Shown here: piece by piece, positions 1 to 11,600 of the stretch
How positions within the stretch are numbered: position 1 is the stretch's first letter
Layout: each line of letters starts with the position of its first letter
NCBI GenBank assembly: GCA_964016885.1
Contig: OZ024761.1
Coordinates: 7,502,001 to 7,566,000 of the forward strand
Direction of reading: 5' to 3'
DNA: 64,000 nucleotides
From: Eledone cirrhosa
Lineage: Eukaryota
Made by a program: the position numbers and the translations under genes
The notes under the pieces: model-generated
Databases searched by the model: none
Told to the model about the DNA's origin: nothing
The model's input: only the letters and a program-made list of their open reading frames with translations

Positions 1-263
1 TAATATTAAAAGTGAACAAAGAATCAGTATTGCATCATTTACATATCTAATTACATATGTTTCATTGCCGATCAGCTCGAAGAATGATCGATTAATATTC
101 GATCCTGATTCTACATGTGAACACATATCTGAGGAGCTTCCGATTACAGAGTCAGGATCGAACATTAATCGATCGTTCCTTGAGCTGATCGGCAGTGAAA
201 CATATGTAATATGTAATTAAATATGTAAATGATGCAACACTGATTCTGTTCCCTTTTAATATT
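1..263. repeat. Long imperfect inverted repeat (PLE pLTR remnant)
   Basis: 1-113 is the reverse complement of about 146-263 with scattered mismatches. The right arm carries the 3' half of the hammerhead. Confidence 0.8.
123..214 (+). ncRNA. Type I hammerhead ribozyme motif (PLE-type)
   Basis: Stem I ACATAT/ATATGT; CTGAGGA 129-135; long stem II (GCTTCCGAT/ATCGGCAGT); GAAAC 197-201; palindromic ATAT loop; GTA triplet 206-208. Confidence 0.75.
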
Positions 264-274
264 ATTATTATAAT

Positions 275-635
275 ATCATCATCATCATCGTTTTACGTCT
301 GTTCTTCCACGCTAGCATGGGTTAGACGGGTTGACCTCTTGTGGGCACTGTCCGGTCGGCTGACCTTGTCTTGCTCATACAGGAACTGGTTCTGGCTTGA
401 TTTCTACAGCTGGATGCCCTTCCTAACACCAACCTTATTTACAGTGAGTGCTGGGTGCTTTTTTGCCGTGGCACCTGCACGACCACTTTGCAGTGGGAGG
501 GTGTGGGGGCATATTGTCTATATGCTTCAGCTTCGGCTTGTTCTTTGTGTGTGTGTGGGGGTGGGTGGGGGTGGGTGGGGGTTCCGGGTATTCTGCATTA
601 CTGCGTGACGCCAGAGGTCACGGTCGTGTATCATT
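275..635 (-). mobile_element. RTE LINE 3' end with long 3'UTR (subfamily A)
   Basis: Reverse complement of 7400-7765, with a (TGA)n tail and the GGACGTAAAA stem-loop end. Confidence 0.8.
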
Positions 636-1430
636 GCTCTTGATATACACACACACATACATTGTGGAGATGATAATGGGCATATTGTGTTGTTAGTCCA
701 TAGTCCAGAGCAAGGAAGATGATATTTTTCCTGTTTTATGATAATCGAAATACTTAAGTTTACCAAAATAACAGTACATCATCTTAAGTTACATTCCATA
801 CAGTGTTCACAACTTTTGTCATAATGTCTCGACTACAACCTAGACGTGTTAAAAGCACAAAGTCCAAACATATAATTTAATTTGTAAAGGAAAGAGAGAG
901 AGAGAGGGGGTGGGGGGAACAGACAGAGTGAAGGGAATAAAATCAATATAACAACAGATTTCACCCTTTTATAACAATACCTTTAACACTTAACATCATG
1001 TAATTTATTTAACATGTCTAAAAACAAGTTTGTTAATTCAAATGTTTATAGAGTCTTTAATACATTTACTAATAGACAGATTGTTGTGACTTTAATATTT
1101 AACCCTTTACATTCTTCTATATTTACTATTATATTTTCATGGTAAAGTCATAATTCCTGGGTTGAGGTGCATGTTGTGTTCTTGAGCAAAATACTTTAAG
1201 TTGCTTCAGTATACTCAGTTGAAAATAAGTACCAGCAGTAACAGGGGTTTAACCCTGCGATGGACTGGAAAAAAATCTTGCATCCTCAGCCACATCACGC
1301 CACGGAAACTGGGATAAACACTGACCCAATGAGCCCCACAGCTCGAGACAGATTTAGACTTGCTAATGTGGTTTCACGCGTCTTTGAATTTGAATATTTA
1401 TAGTAACTTTACTAATGGACTGATCATCTA

Positions 1431-1689
1431 TCTCTATAAATTTCTGCGATTCTGTCACAACACGTAAAGAGAGAGAAGTAGTTTGACTACCTCATACTAC
1501 TCCTCTCTCTATACATCTGCCTGCCTGTGTGAATGTATATGAGTCTAAAAGGATGGAAGGGGATGAAAACTATGCAGTGTGAATGTATGCCTGTGATTCT
1601 ATATTTGTGTGTGTTTGCGTGTTTATATTTATGTACAGATGCACATGCACAGTGCACACACACAAACAAGTGTATGGAAAAAATTCTAG
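1431..1689 (+). mobile_element. Short Helitron-like non-autonomous repeat
   Basis: Starts TCTATAAATTTCTG and ends CTAG|T. Related copies lie at 45126-45355 (+) and about 47425-47498 (-). No clear subterminal hairpin. Confidence 0.45.
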
Positions 1690-1875
1690 TTATGAAAAAT
1701 TGGCCGTGTTGGTGCAAAGACTTTTATATTTAATGTGATGCAGTCATTGTGCAGTTCATGCTTTTCAACAATGTCTTGCTAATGTGGTTTTATGTGGTTT
1801 GTTAATCCAAATATAGTATTTTTACTAGTGTACAGATTGTTGTGAAAATGTGTTGTATTACAGTAAAGACTTTAA

Positions 1876-2083
1876 CCCGTTAGCATTTAAACTGGTCATA
1901 TCTGGCCTGAATTCTCTCACCTCTTTCTGTTCAAACCAGCTGTAACTTGCTACTCATACTGAAGTTAAAGTATTGTTCTCAAAATAAATAATATCAAAAT
2001 CTGATTGATTCAATATTATTTGAGGTAAAGCCTTTATCATGAAAATACAATAGTAAATATAGAGTAATGTAAATGTTAAAGGG
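1876..2083. mobile_element. piggyBac-like MITE
   Basis: TIRs CCCGTTAGCATTTA / TAAATGTTAAAGGG with TTAA on both sides. Related copies lie near 37000-37210, 48270-48640, 49260-49530, 51120-51315 and 59791-60761. Confidence 0.75.
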
Positions 2084-2274
2084 TTAATAGTCAACCCATT
2101 TGATACTAACCTGCCAAAACACCTTTCATTACCAAAGACGTAGTGTCTTTGGTAATGAAAGGTGTTTTAAGATTTTCAAGTAATTTTGAAAATAATCTAG
2201 AATTTGAAAATATTTAGTAATATAACCATCTCACTAAGTCTGCGTATCGAACATAACTTAAGAAAGGTTCTTAT

Positions 2275-2722
2275 CTATCTATCTAAGGCGGGTAAAATTC
2301 CCGAGATCCATGGACGAGTTCTCTCCAGCGGTCTCCGTCCCTCATTATCGCTGCCATATCCTGCATCTCCAACAGACCAGTGTCTGTCCTTAGGGCATCA
2401 ACATATGTTAACCTTGGTCTTCCTCTTCTAGTGTGTCCATGTAGGGGCTCCCAAAGGAGCACTGAGTGCAATGTCAACTTTGGATGTCGGTGAGCATGTC
2501 CAGCCAACCTCAGTCTCCTCTGTGTCACTTTTGAGCTGACTCTTGGGATGCTCCCATACAGCTCTTTTTGTCATCGTAGTGGACTATTGTATGCGCCTTG
2601 CACTGGAGAAACACCAGGACTCTGGCTTTACTGTAGCACCGGCTCAGAGCAGGAGAGTTGGGGCGAAAAAGGTATCGGAAGCTGAATTTGCCGACGACAT
2701 AGTTTTGGTGACAAATACAGTG
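2275..2722 (-). mobile_element. 5'-inverted, truncated RTE-clade LINE
   Basis: The minus strand carries the C-terminus (RLRLAGH...RRGRPRLTYVD...DRWRELV) and a (TAGA)n tail. The plus strand carries an RT piece (LFVIVVDY...EFADDIVL). TSD AAGGTTCTTAT at 2264-2274 and 2723-2733. Confidence 0.8.
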
Positions 2723-3080
2723 AAGGTTCTTATATAAAATTAAAATGACTTGAGTTGGACCTCCATTAATTCTGATGATTCAATTGATGGAACAGCCTGC
2801 TCATGAAATAAACATGTAAATGGCTGAGCACTCCAGACACATGTACCTTTAATTTAGTTCTCAGGGAGATTCGGGTTTAGACAGTGTGTGACAAGCCTAG
2901 CTCTTTGAATTACAAAGTACAACTCATTTCTCCAGGACTGGAACACGAAAAAAAAAAGTGTTGTTCAATGACAATGTACCACCGTGAACCAAACTTACAA
3001 TTTTATGATTGAGAGCCAAAACACCCCTAAGCCACATGACTTCAAATACTTTAACATAAACAGCTTAGTATTATAGAAGT

Positions 3081-3503
3081 AGGGGTAGTGAAACGTGTTG
3101 TGACAGCGGAGGACATAGTCTGGAGAGAAATGAAGCAACCATGCTCTGTTGGATGTGCAATGTGTGCGAGAAAGAGGCAGAGCTTGGATGAGTTGAAGGC
3201 GAAGTTGGGTTTAAGAGGAATTCAAGGTAGTGTGCAAGAGAGAAGACTGAGTTGGTTTGGACATGTGAAGCTCATGGACAGTAATTGTTGGGTGAAGAAG
3301 TGCCAGGAAATGGCAGTAGAAGGAAGTCATGGTAAAGGGTAGACCAAGAAAGACCTAGGCAGAGACAGGAGGTGAGAGTTGACCTCAAATCACAGACTCA
3401 CAGAGATGGCAAAGGATCGCAATATGTGGAGAGATGCCACGCTTAGAAGGACCTGTCCAACCCACGCAAGCGTGGAAAAGCGGACGTAAAAACGATGATG
3501 ATA
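3081..3503 (+). mobile_element. RTE LINE 3' fragment with short 3' end
   Basis: VQERRLSWFGHVKLMDSNCWVKKC...GRP, followed directly by the CCCACGCAAGCGTGGAAAAGCGGACGTAAAA-(TGA)n tail. Confidence 0.85.
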
Positions 3504-4944
3504 ATGGGATCGTTGCCCAGATTCTCCATCGAGATGTTGGTTCTTGTTAAAATACCGTCTAACCAATGTTAGCGCAGAAAATGGACGCCAAACAATAATG
3601 ATAAAGTAAAGTGATGCAAACATATCTAAACTAAGATGAGATGGTCATAAATGGAATACCTTTAACAATAGATTTACTGAAAATCTGAGGTGGTATATTG
3701 GCAGAGTGTTACAATGAAAGAAAGCTTTATAGTATTTGTTTCAGCTATTTGTTTTGACTTCAAATCCGGTCGAGGTCAACTTTCATTGTTTTGAGGTCAA
3801 TAAGAAAAATACCAGTCTTGTACTGGGATTGTTACTCTATATCTTTCTCACACACACACACACACATACTATCTCTCCCCTTCTATCGAAGAAATTTGCT
3901 GTATCCAGACCTGGATAAAGCCAGGTTTAAAATGGCCAAGACATACCATATGTCATATCAGCACCCACTACAACTCCATACATTCAATAAATATCAAGAA
4001 AAGAACAAGTCTTCATCTAGGCTTAGGTAAATTTCAATGAGAGCATTCCAGTTGTAATCTATCTTAGTTATCAGATTCATAAATGTTATTTGAAAAGGAG
4101 AGGAAACAATTTAAAATGTAGGTCAGTAAAAAACATGGGTGAAAATAGAGTTTTTTTTTGTTGTTTTTTTTTAAAGCAACTGTGGTGATTAACATTTATT
4201 TGCTAGTTTGCCCTAATCAGGTCAAACATTTTCCTATTACTCACTCTACTACCCTAAGTATTGAGTACTCTGGTGCATTATGGTCCAACTGGTTCCTTAC
4301 CACACTTCCTTCGTGATATATATATACTTATCGAGGTTTTTACGAAGTCAGACACAGACTTGATTTCTGAAAGGCTAAAATGGATTACTAATACTCCTAA
4401 ACTATATCCCAGACATCCATACATACATTATTTCCAGGTATCTCTCTTCCCCAATTGCAAAGGTTCCCCTCACATTATTACTGTTGCTATTTATCATTTC
4501 GCTTGCCTTCATATATATTTTTACCCTTGTTTTTCCCCCACGTTCGCTATTATGACCGCCTCTCTCTACGAAATTCATTTATCCCCTTACCCATTACCTC
4601 TCTTCCGCTTTCTTTTCAAGCTTTATGAAGCTAGATGAAATCCTCACATATTCGCCTTGTCTAATATGTGTATTTTGTATCGGATTATTTCACCCAAATC
4701 TCCTGGGATGCGATAAGCCATGATGGCTACCTTTCTCACAATTTCCCTCCTGCCCACCCCCTACCACCACCATAGTCTATTCGACCCAATCAAACCTCAG
4801 CAACATGTCCCCCCACGCATTACCAACCCCAACAAACTCTGCCATTATTACTATTACTACTTTTCTTCTAGCCCTTACCAGCCCCAACAAACTCTGCCAT
4901 TATTACTACTACTGTCCTAACCCTGAATTCTTTTACCGTTATGT

Positions 4945-7765
4945 ATGGATGAGCTGAGGGTAAATGGAGCAATCCCAAATTAATAAATGAATATGAATCT
5001 GCGAGTTACCAAGCAGCCATGCAAAGTTTTAATTCAGAGACAGGAAGCATACACACAACCCGCAAAAATTCACCGTTTCCCACGAATAATAGCAAATGCC
5101 CCAAACTCCGAGTTGGAACCATCAAAGTAAGCACAATGAAAGGAAGAGCAGGAGAAATTGTAGAGGTGCTAGAGCAAAAGAAAATTGATGTATGCTGTGT
5201 GCAAGAGACTAGATGGAGAGGAGAGTCTGCTAGAGTCCTTATAGGCAAAAATCAGTGCTACAAATTTTTCTGGGTGGGAAATGACAATGGGATGGGTAGT
5301 GTAGGTATACTATTAGCTGACAAATGGGTTGATAAGGTAATCTCAGTGAACAGGGTGAACGCAAGAATCATTAAACTCAGGCTGGTCCTGAATAAAACAA
5401 TTGCCACAATAATATCAGCTTATGCACCCCGATTGGGGTTGCCAGACGAACTTAAGGATAGGTTTTACTAGTTCCTAATGCACACTACTGCCCTAACAAA
5501 CGACAATGACTTCCTAATCATTGCAGGAGATTTTAACAGAAACATTGGTAAACACCGTGACTGCTTCTCTAGAGTCCATGGAGGCCACGGGTTTGGCACA
5601 AGAAATGAAGAAGGTTTCAGGCTTCTAGAATTCTGCAATGCCAATGACTTGTCAATATGTCAGGAGGGAAGCTAGGCGACAAGTATACTTAGCCAGAAGA
5701 GAAGCGGAGGATAGAAAATTCAAGCATGTTTTGGAACGTGAGGATCAGAAACAGGAGGTGTTCAAGATTGCGAGGCAGTGTGTCCAGAATGATAAAGGTG
5801 AGCTTGCCTTCACAAGTGCTGAGAAGAACCATTATGAAAGATTACTAAATGAGGAGAATGCATGGGAAAAAGAGACCCTACCCCAAGTGGAACCTATAGA
5901 GGGGCCAGCAGTACAAGTCAGCAGCAGCGTAGTAAGGCAATCAAAGATATGAAGACGGAGAAGACAAGTCTGTAGGTCACACCATAACCACACATATTGT
6001 TAGCCAGGTAATACTAGAGTATCATACCAAAAGATTAGTGCAGCAGCATCATTGTCAACTGCTACAAGGGTAAAGGAGATGCACTAGATAGAGGAAACTA
6101 TAGAGGTATAAAGCTGATGGACCAGGTCAGGAAAGTAACGGAAAGAGTTATAGCACAGCTGATTAGGGACCGGATGAAACTTGATGAGATGCAATTTGGG
6201 TTTATGCCAGGAAAAGGATACCCTCTTCCTTGTGAGGCAGTTACAGGAAAAGTACCTAGCTAAAAGTAAGCCGCTCTACCTGGCATTTGTCGATCTGGAA
6301 AACACCTTAGAAGGAGTCCCCCGTGCTATAATCTGGTGGGCTCTTAGAAAACTAGGAGTTGATGAATGGCTTGTGAAAGCTGTAAAAGCCATGTATAGGG
6401 GAGCAGTTAGCAATGACTATAGCGAGGAATTTAGCATACAGGTCGGTGTCCACCAGGGCTCTGTCCTTAGCCCTCTTCTTTTCATTATAGTATTGCAGGC
6501 AATAACGGAGAAGTTTAAGACCGGATGCCCTTGGGAACTCCTATATGCAGATGATCTCACACTTATAGCCGAATCTATGGTGGAACTAGAGAAGAAATTC
6601 CAAACATGGAAGCAGGGACTAGAAAGAAAGAGTCTCAAAGTGAACCTGACAAAAACTAAGGTCCTCGTAAGTAGACGAGAAAACAGAACCCAGATACCCT
6701 CAGGGAAATGGCCTTGCTCAGTATGCAGGAAAGGTGCAGGTAGGAACTCCATCCTCTGCCCCAAATGGAAACAATAGGTACAAAAAAGATGTAGTGGGAT
6801 CTCAGGAAGCTTAACTAAGAATGTCGGCTTCACATGAAGCAGCTGCACCGGGACAGCAAGCAGCCACAGGAAACAAGCACCACCAAACTCTGAGAGGGCT
6901 CTGTAGAAACAGTAGATAGCTTCTGCTACCTAGGTGACCGAATTAGCAGCAGAGGTGGATGTTTGGAAAGTACAATAACTAGAGTAAGAACGGGATGGAA
7001 GTTCAGGGAGCTACTGCCACTGCTAGCTGCAAAAGGCTTTTCCCTCAAAATGAAAGGCAGACTGTATGATGCATGTATACGAACGGCAATGTTACATGGT
7101 AGTGAAACCTGGGCGCTGACTGTGAAAGACTTGCGTAGATTAGAAAGAAACGAAGCCTGCATGCTCCGATGGATGTGTAATAGTAATATACGTGAACGGC
7201 AAATCATAAACAAACTGAGAGAGAGACTGAGCATAAGAGGAATCAAATGCTGTTTGCAGGAGAGGAGGTTGCGTTGGTATGGACATGTGATACATATGAA
7301 GGATGACAGCTGCATAAAAAGGTGCAGAGCACTAGAAGTCAATGGAAGCCGCGGATGAGGTGATAAAAGCCGACCGTACCTAATTGCACCTCTCAAAGGC
7401 GATGACACACAACCATGACCTCTGGCGTCACGCAGTAATACAGAAGACCTGACTTCCCACGGGTACAAGTCGAAACTGAAGCATATAGATAATATGCCCC
7501 CACTCCCTCCCACTGCAAAGTGGTCGTGGAGGTGCCACGGAAAAAAAAAGCACCCAGCCCACACTGTAAAGTGGACGTGTAGGTGCCACGGAAAAAAAGC
7601 ACCCAGCACTCACTGTAAATGAGGTTGGTGTTAGGAAGGGCATCCAGCTGTAAAAATCAAGCCAGAATCAAGACAAGGTCAGCCGACCGGACACTGCCCA
7701 CAACAGGACAACCCGTTTAACCCATGCCAGCGTGGAAGAACGGACGTAAAACAGTGATGATTATC
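4945..7765 (+). mobile_element. Degenerate near-full-length RTE LINE (APE, RT, Cys-rich finger) with internal deletion
   Basis: APE motifs (LRVGT, CVQETRW, ISAYAP, AGDFN); a jump to the linker at about 5660; RT motifs (LAFVDLE, HQGSVLSP, YADD); WPCSVCRKG...C; long 3'UTR and (TGA) tail. Many stops and frameshifts. Confidence 0.92.
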
Positions 7766-7841
7766 AAGCCCTCTTTGGATTTTAGTCTTCACATTTATTA
7801 TCACTATACACACACACACATTATATATATATATACACACA

Positions 7842-8486
7842 CTAGCCGAATTACCCGGCATTGCCCTGGTTACTGCTGTTCTTATTCAGATTAGTAAACA
7901 ATAAGTATGAAGATATGTTTTTTTTCTCATAATTATTTCAAAATATCTATATTTTATTTTTAAAATATCAGAATTGTAATGATAATAGAATTTAGAAATG
8001 AAGATCTGTCAATCTTGAAGCACCTTAGGGTAAACATAAATTCATTGTGTAATTCATGTATGTGTAGATGTGTGTATGTATTTAATAACATACCTAATGA
8101 ACGCGCAAATACACACACACACTCGCATACATATTCAGATACAAAATGTGACGTGTTGTTTTCTATTGATTTAATCCAAATGAAAATAAAAATTATCACA
8201 CACACATTCACGCACACCTGTCTGTCATTACATATGTATCTGTAAGTGTAGATGTGTATGTGTTTAATTGTCTGTGTGCACACTCATATACAAAATGTGA
8301 CGTGGTGGTGGTTTAGTATAGTTGACAATAAAAATATTATTTTAGATAAAATCTTGTATTGTTTTAATCCAAATGAAAATAAAAATTACATGTTGACACT
8401 TGTAAAATTTGATTTGATAAGGTCCTGCCGTTTGAGAATGCTTAGGAACAGACAGACGGAGAGACAAAGAATTTTATATATATAGA
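7842..8486 (-). mobile_element. Non-autonomous Helitron
   Basis: The minus strand starts A|TCTATATATATAAAA and ends CCAGGGCAATGCCGGGTAATTCGGCTAG|T (subterminal hairpin, CTAG end, AT target). Confidence 0.7.
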
Positions 8487-8617
8487 TATATATATTTGAA
8501 ATGTGGGAATCTAAATGCAGAAAACTACAAAAATAAAAGATTTAGAAAATTGGATAGAACACAGAGGCACAGAAATGGTGCCACAACAAAAAGCATCCAG
8601 TTCGTCTTGCAGGATGC

Positions 8618-9275
8618 ATGATAAAAGCTCCCCAGGTACATCTTGGCAAGTGGTAGAGCTGGTGTCATGATAAAAGCTCCCCAGGTACATCTTGGCAGGT
8701 GGTAGAGCTGGTGCCATGATAGAAGCTCCCCAGGTACATCTTGGCAGGTGGTAGAGCTGGTGCCATGATAGAAGCTCCCCAGGTACATCTTGGCAGGTGG
8801 TAGAGCTGGTGCCATGATAGAAGCTCCCCAGGTACATCTTGGCAGGTGGTAGAGCTGGTGCCATGATAAAAGCTCCCCAGGTACATCTTGGCAAGTGGTA
8901 GAGCTGGTGCCATGATAAAAGCTCCCCAGGTACATCTTGGCAAGTGGTAGAGCTGGTGCCATGATAAAAGCTCCCCAGGTACATCTTGGCAGGTGGTAGA
9001 GCTGGTGCCATGATAGAAGCTCCCCAGGTACATCTTGGCAGGGTGGTAGAGCTGGTGCCATGATAGAAGCTCCCCAGGTACATCTTGGCAGGTGGTAGAG
9101 CTGGTGCCATGATAGAAGCTCCCCAGGTACATCTTGGCAGGTGGTAGAGCTGGTGCCATGATAGAAGCTCCCCAGGTACATCTTGGCAGGTGGTAGTACT
9201 GGTGTCAGGATAAAAGCTCCCAGTACGTCTTGTAGGGTGGTAGTACTGGTGCCTTCATAAAAGCTCCCAGTACAT
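8618..9275. repeat. 49-bp minisatellite, about 13 copies
   Basis: Unit GTGCCATGATAGAAGCTCCCCAGGTACATCTTGGCAGGTGGTAGAGCTG, followed by an RTE-type tail at about 9320-9380. Confidence 0.95.
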
Positions 9276-9552
9276 GCCAAAATCAGAATATGAGCATAAC
9301 ATGGTCACCAGAATGGTCCGGCCTCATAACAGGACAGCACATCTGACCCATGCAAGCATGAAAAATAGACGTGTGATGATATATGTATGTATATATGTAA
9401 GGTGGGGCCGGAGTCTAATAATTAAAGCCAGTGAAAATTAAAAGAATATGTTCATAGTTATCAATATTTTTAATGTGCGTGTGTATGTGTAGCTATATCT
9501 GCAGATGTGAAAAGGAAAACAATGCTCAGTCAAGAAGAGGACAGAAATATAT

Positions 9553-9760
9553 CATTTATTTCTGTTCATACATAGAACAAAAATGCTACCCAAGGTTTCT
9601 AGTCCCAATATTGACCACAGCTCCAGAATACAAGAGACATCAAAATTGTGACCTATTTTCAGGCACTTGTAGGAGTTTATGAGATCATATAAACTCTTGT
9701 ATTCTGGAGGTCTTGAAACCTTGGGTAGAACTTTTGTTCTATGTATGAACAGAAATAAAT
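9553..9760. repeat. Inverted repeat containing a degenerate hammerhead-like motif (+)
   Basis: Arms at about 9553-9635 and 9694-9760. The motif AGTTT-ATGAGA...GAAAC-CTTGG-GTA-GAACT (9674-9732) has a damaged CUGANGA box. Confidence 0.55.
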
Positions 9761-9889
9761 AAATCATATGTATACATTTAGGGATTGCAATCTCCTCTAA
9801 CTGTAGGTTCACCGGAGTGAGCACTCGATGCGTACTATCCAGTAAGTATAGGGATGTAGTACTAAGCAGAGTGTAATAATTATAAAAAG

Positions 9890-10045
9890 GGTGGTGGATT
9901 GGCAGTATCGGTAGAGGGTCGGACACCATGCTTTGACGCAGAGTTACGGCCCTTGCCATTCTGTGTTCAAATCTCGCCGAGGTTAACTTTGCCTTTCATC
10001 CTTAAGGGTCGATAAAATAAAGTACCAGTAATGTACTGGGTAATT
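9890..10045 (+). mobile_element. tRNA-headed SINE with GCCTTTCATCC...GGTCGATAAAAT..GTACCAG central domain
   Basis: A-box TGGCAGTATCGGTAG and B-box GTTCAAATC. The central domain resembles the Meta/MESC-type SINE domain from memory; this needs checking. Confidence 0.8.
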
Positions 10046-10102
10046 GCTAAAAACAAATAATTATAAAAAGGACGAATTGTTAGGTCTTCATTACATTTAT
10101 TG

Positions 10103-10183
10103 AGTAGTGACGTGCATTTCGCTATTGATGAGCTCGTGTTTCGATCTGGCCAGACTCTGGAATCAAAAGCTCGTCGGAATTCT
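10103..10183 (-). ncRNA. Degenerate hammerhead-like motif
   Basis: CCGACGA (10177-10171); stem II GCTTTTGAT/ATCAATAGC; GAAAT-GCAC-GTC. Stem I has 2 mismatches in 6 bp. Confidence 0.5.
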
Positions 10184-10199
10184 GTTATGAGAATGACAG

Positions 10200-11320
10200 A
10201 ATGAACTTGAATGCTGAAGCTGGCACATTACTGCACCAGTTCCTGCAATTATTGCACTTAACTCAGCCCCCTGCCTTCCATCACTCTTGAATACGGCCCC
10301 GAGTTACTTGAACTTCTCCACCTTCTTCAGTGGAACTCCATTCACATGTAAAGTGCACTGCGCAGGCTTCCTTGAAAGGATGAGTGTCTCAGTTTTCGCA
10401 GCACTGATTTTAATTCCAGCCATGCAGCACTCAGGATCAAACATATTGAGTGCAAGTCAGAGATCACCTTTTGTCGAGTTAAGTAACACCATGTCATCTG
10501 CAAATTCCATCTGACTGATTTTACACCCACCAGCCTGTGCATGTCAATCCTGTTCATATAAATAATTGTTTCTACTATTGGCACAAGGCCAGAAAATTAC
10601 CCAGTACATTACTGGTACTTTATTTTATCGACCCCGTAAGGATGAAAGGCAAAGTTAACCTCGGCGGGATTTGAACTCAGAATGGCAAGGGCCGTAACTC
10701 TATGCGTCAAAGCATGGCGTCCGAACCTCTACCGATACTGCCAATCCACCGCCATGTTCCTGTTCATATAAATAATGAACAGGAGAGATGACGGTACGCA
10801 CCCACGGCAGAATCCAACTCCTACATTGAATGGTTTTGATTTAGCACCATTTATCCGAACACAAATACTTGGGCATTCACATAGAGACATCAGGGCAACA
10901 ATCCCAAACTCCTGCAGAATCTTCCACAGCAGGTCCCAAGTCATATATCTTTTCAAGGTCGACAAAACAAGAATATACCTCTTGGCATACTTCTAGGATC
11001 TCTTGAAAACCTGCCGCAGTGTGAATATTTGGTCAGCTGTGCTGTGTCCGGGGCGAAAATAGCACGGTTCATCAGCTAGCTTTCACTCAACAATTTCAAC
11101 TTCTCCGAATTGAGAGATCACGTAGTTAGAATGTCTCAGGAGAGAATCGCTGGACAGATTTTAGTCCTCAAGCAAGATGGTTGGATAACATCCATGAGCT
11201 TGGTTGGTGTTGCTTGAGGATCCAGCCTGGCCAATTGGAGACGGTTGCTTCTGACAGGACCTGCTGGAAAGAGTGTCTTAGGACTGATCCCACAACCCGG
11301 GTGAAGAAGTTTTAAATACA
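10200..11320 (-). mobile_element. Degenerate RTE-clade LINE RT fragment interrupted by a SINE
   Basis: LLWKILQEFGI...VRING..SKPFNVGVG..GCV.S.LLFIIYMNRI reads through once the SINE at 10567-10753 is removed. Confidence 0.75.
10567..10753 (-). mobile_element. Full-length tRNA-headed SINE with 19-bp TSD
   Basis: TCCTGTTCATATAAATAAT at 10548-10566 and 10758-10776. A and B boxes are present. Confidence 0.9.
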
Positions 11321-11324
11321 TATA

Positions 11325-11600
11325 TCATCACCATTTTATGTTCATTTTTTTACACTAGCATGGGTTAGATGTGTTGTCTTGTTGTGGGCAATGCCAGGTC
11401 AGGTGACCATGCCTTGCTCATACAGAACTGATTTTTGCTTGTTTTCTACAGCTGGATGCCCTTCCCAATGACAACCTCATTTACAGTGAGTGCTGGGTCC
11501 TTTTTATAATGACACCTACACGACCACTTTACAGTGGGAGGGGGTGGGGGCATACTGCCTATATGCTTCAGCCTGTACCCGTGGGAAGTCGGGTCTTGTG
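11325..11600 (-). mobile_element. RTE long-3'UTR fragment
   Basis: Similar to 275-635 and 47683-48010. Confidence 0.75.

Noticed and set aside
4261-4638. 125-aa ORF, possibly a GIY-YIG tail
   Set aside because: Only a vague resemblance (ERLKWI..LYP), with no diagnostic motifs or splice support.
4680-5020. HDV-like ribozyme at the RTE 5' end
   Set aside because: Such ribozymes are known in some RTEs, but no nested double pseudoknot could be traced here.
8511-9280. Repetitive ORFs and a CRISPR-like look
   Set aside because: Contiguous 49-bp tandem units with no unique spacers and no cas genes, in eukaryotic DNA. The same applies to 43710-44185, 59810-60630 and 63645-63865.
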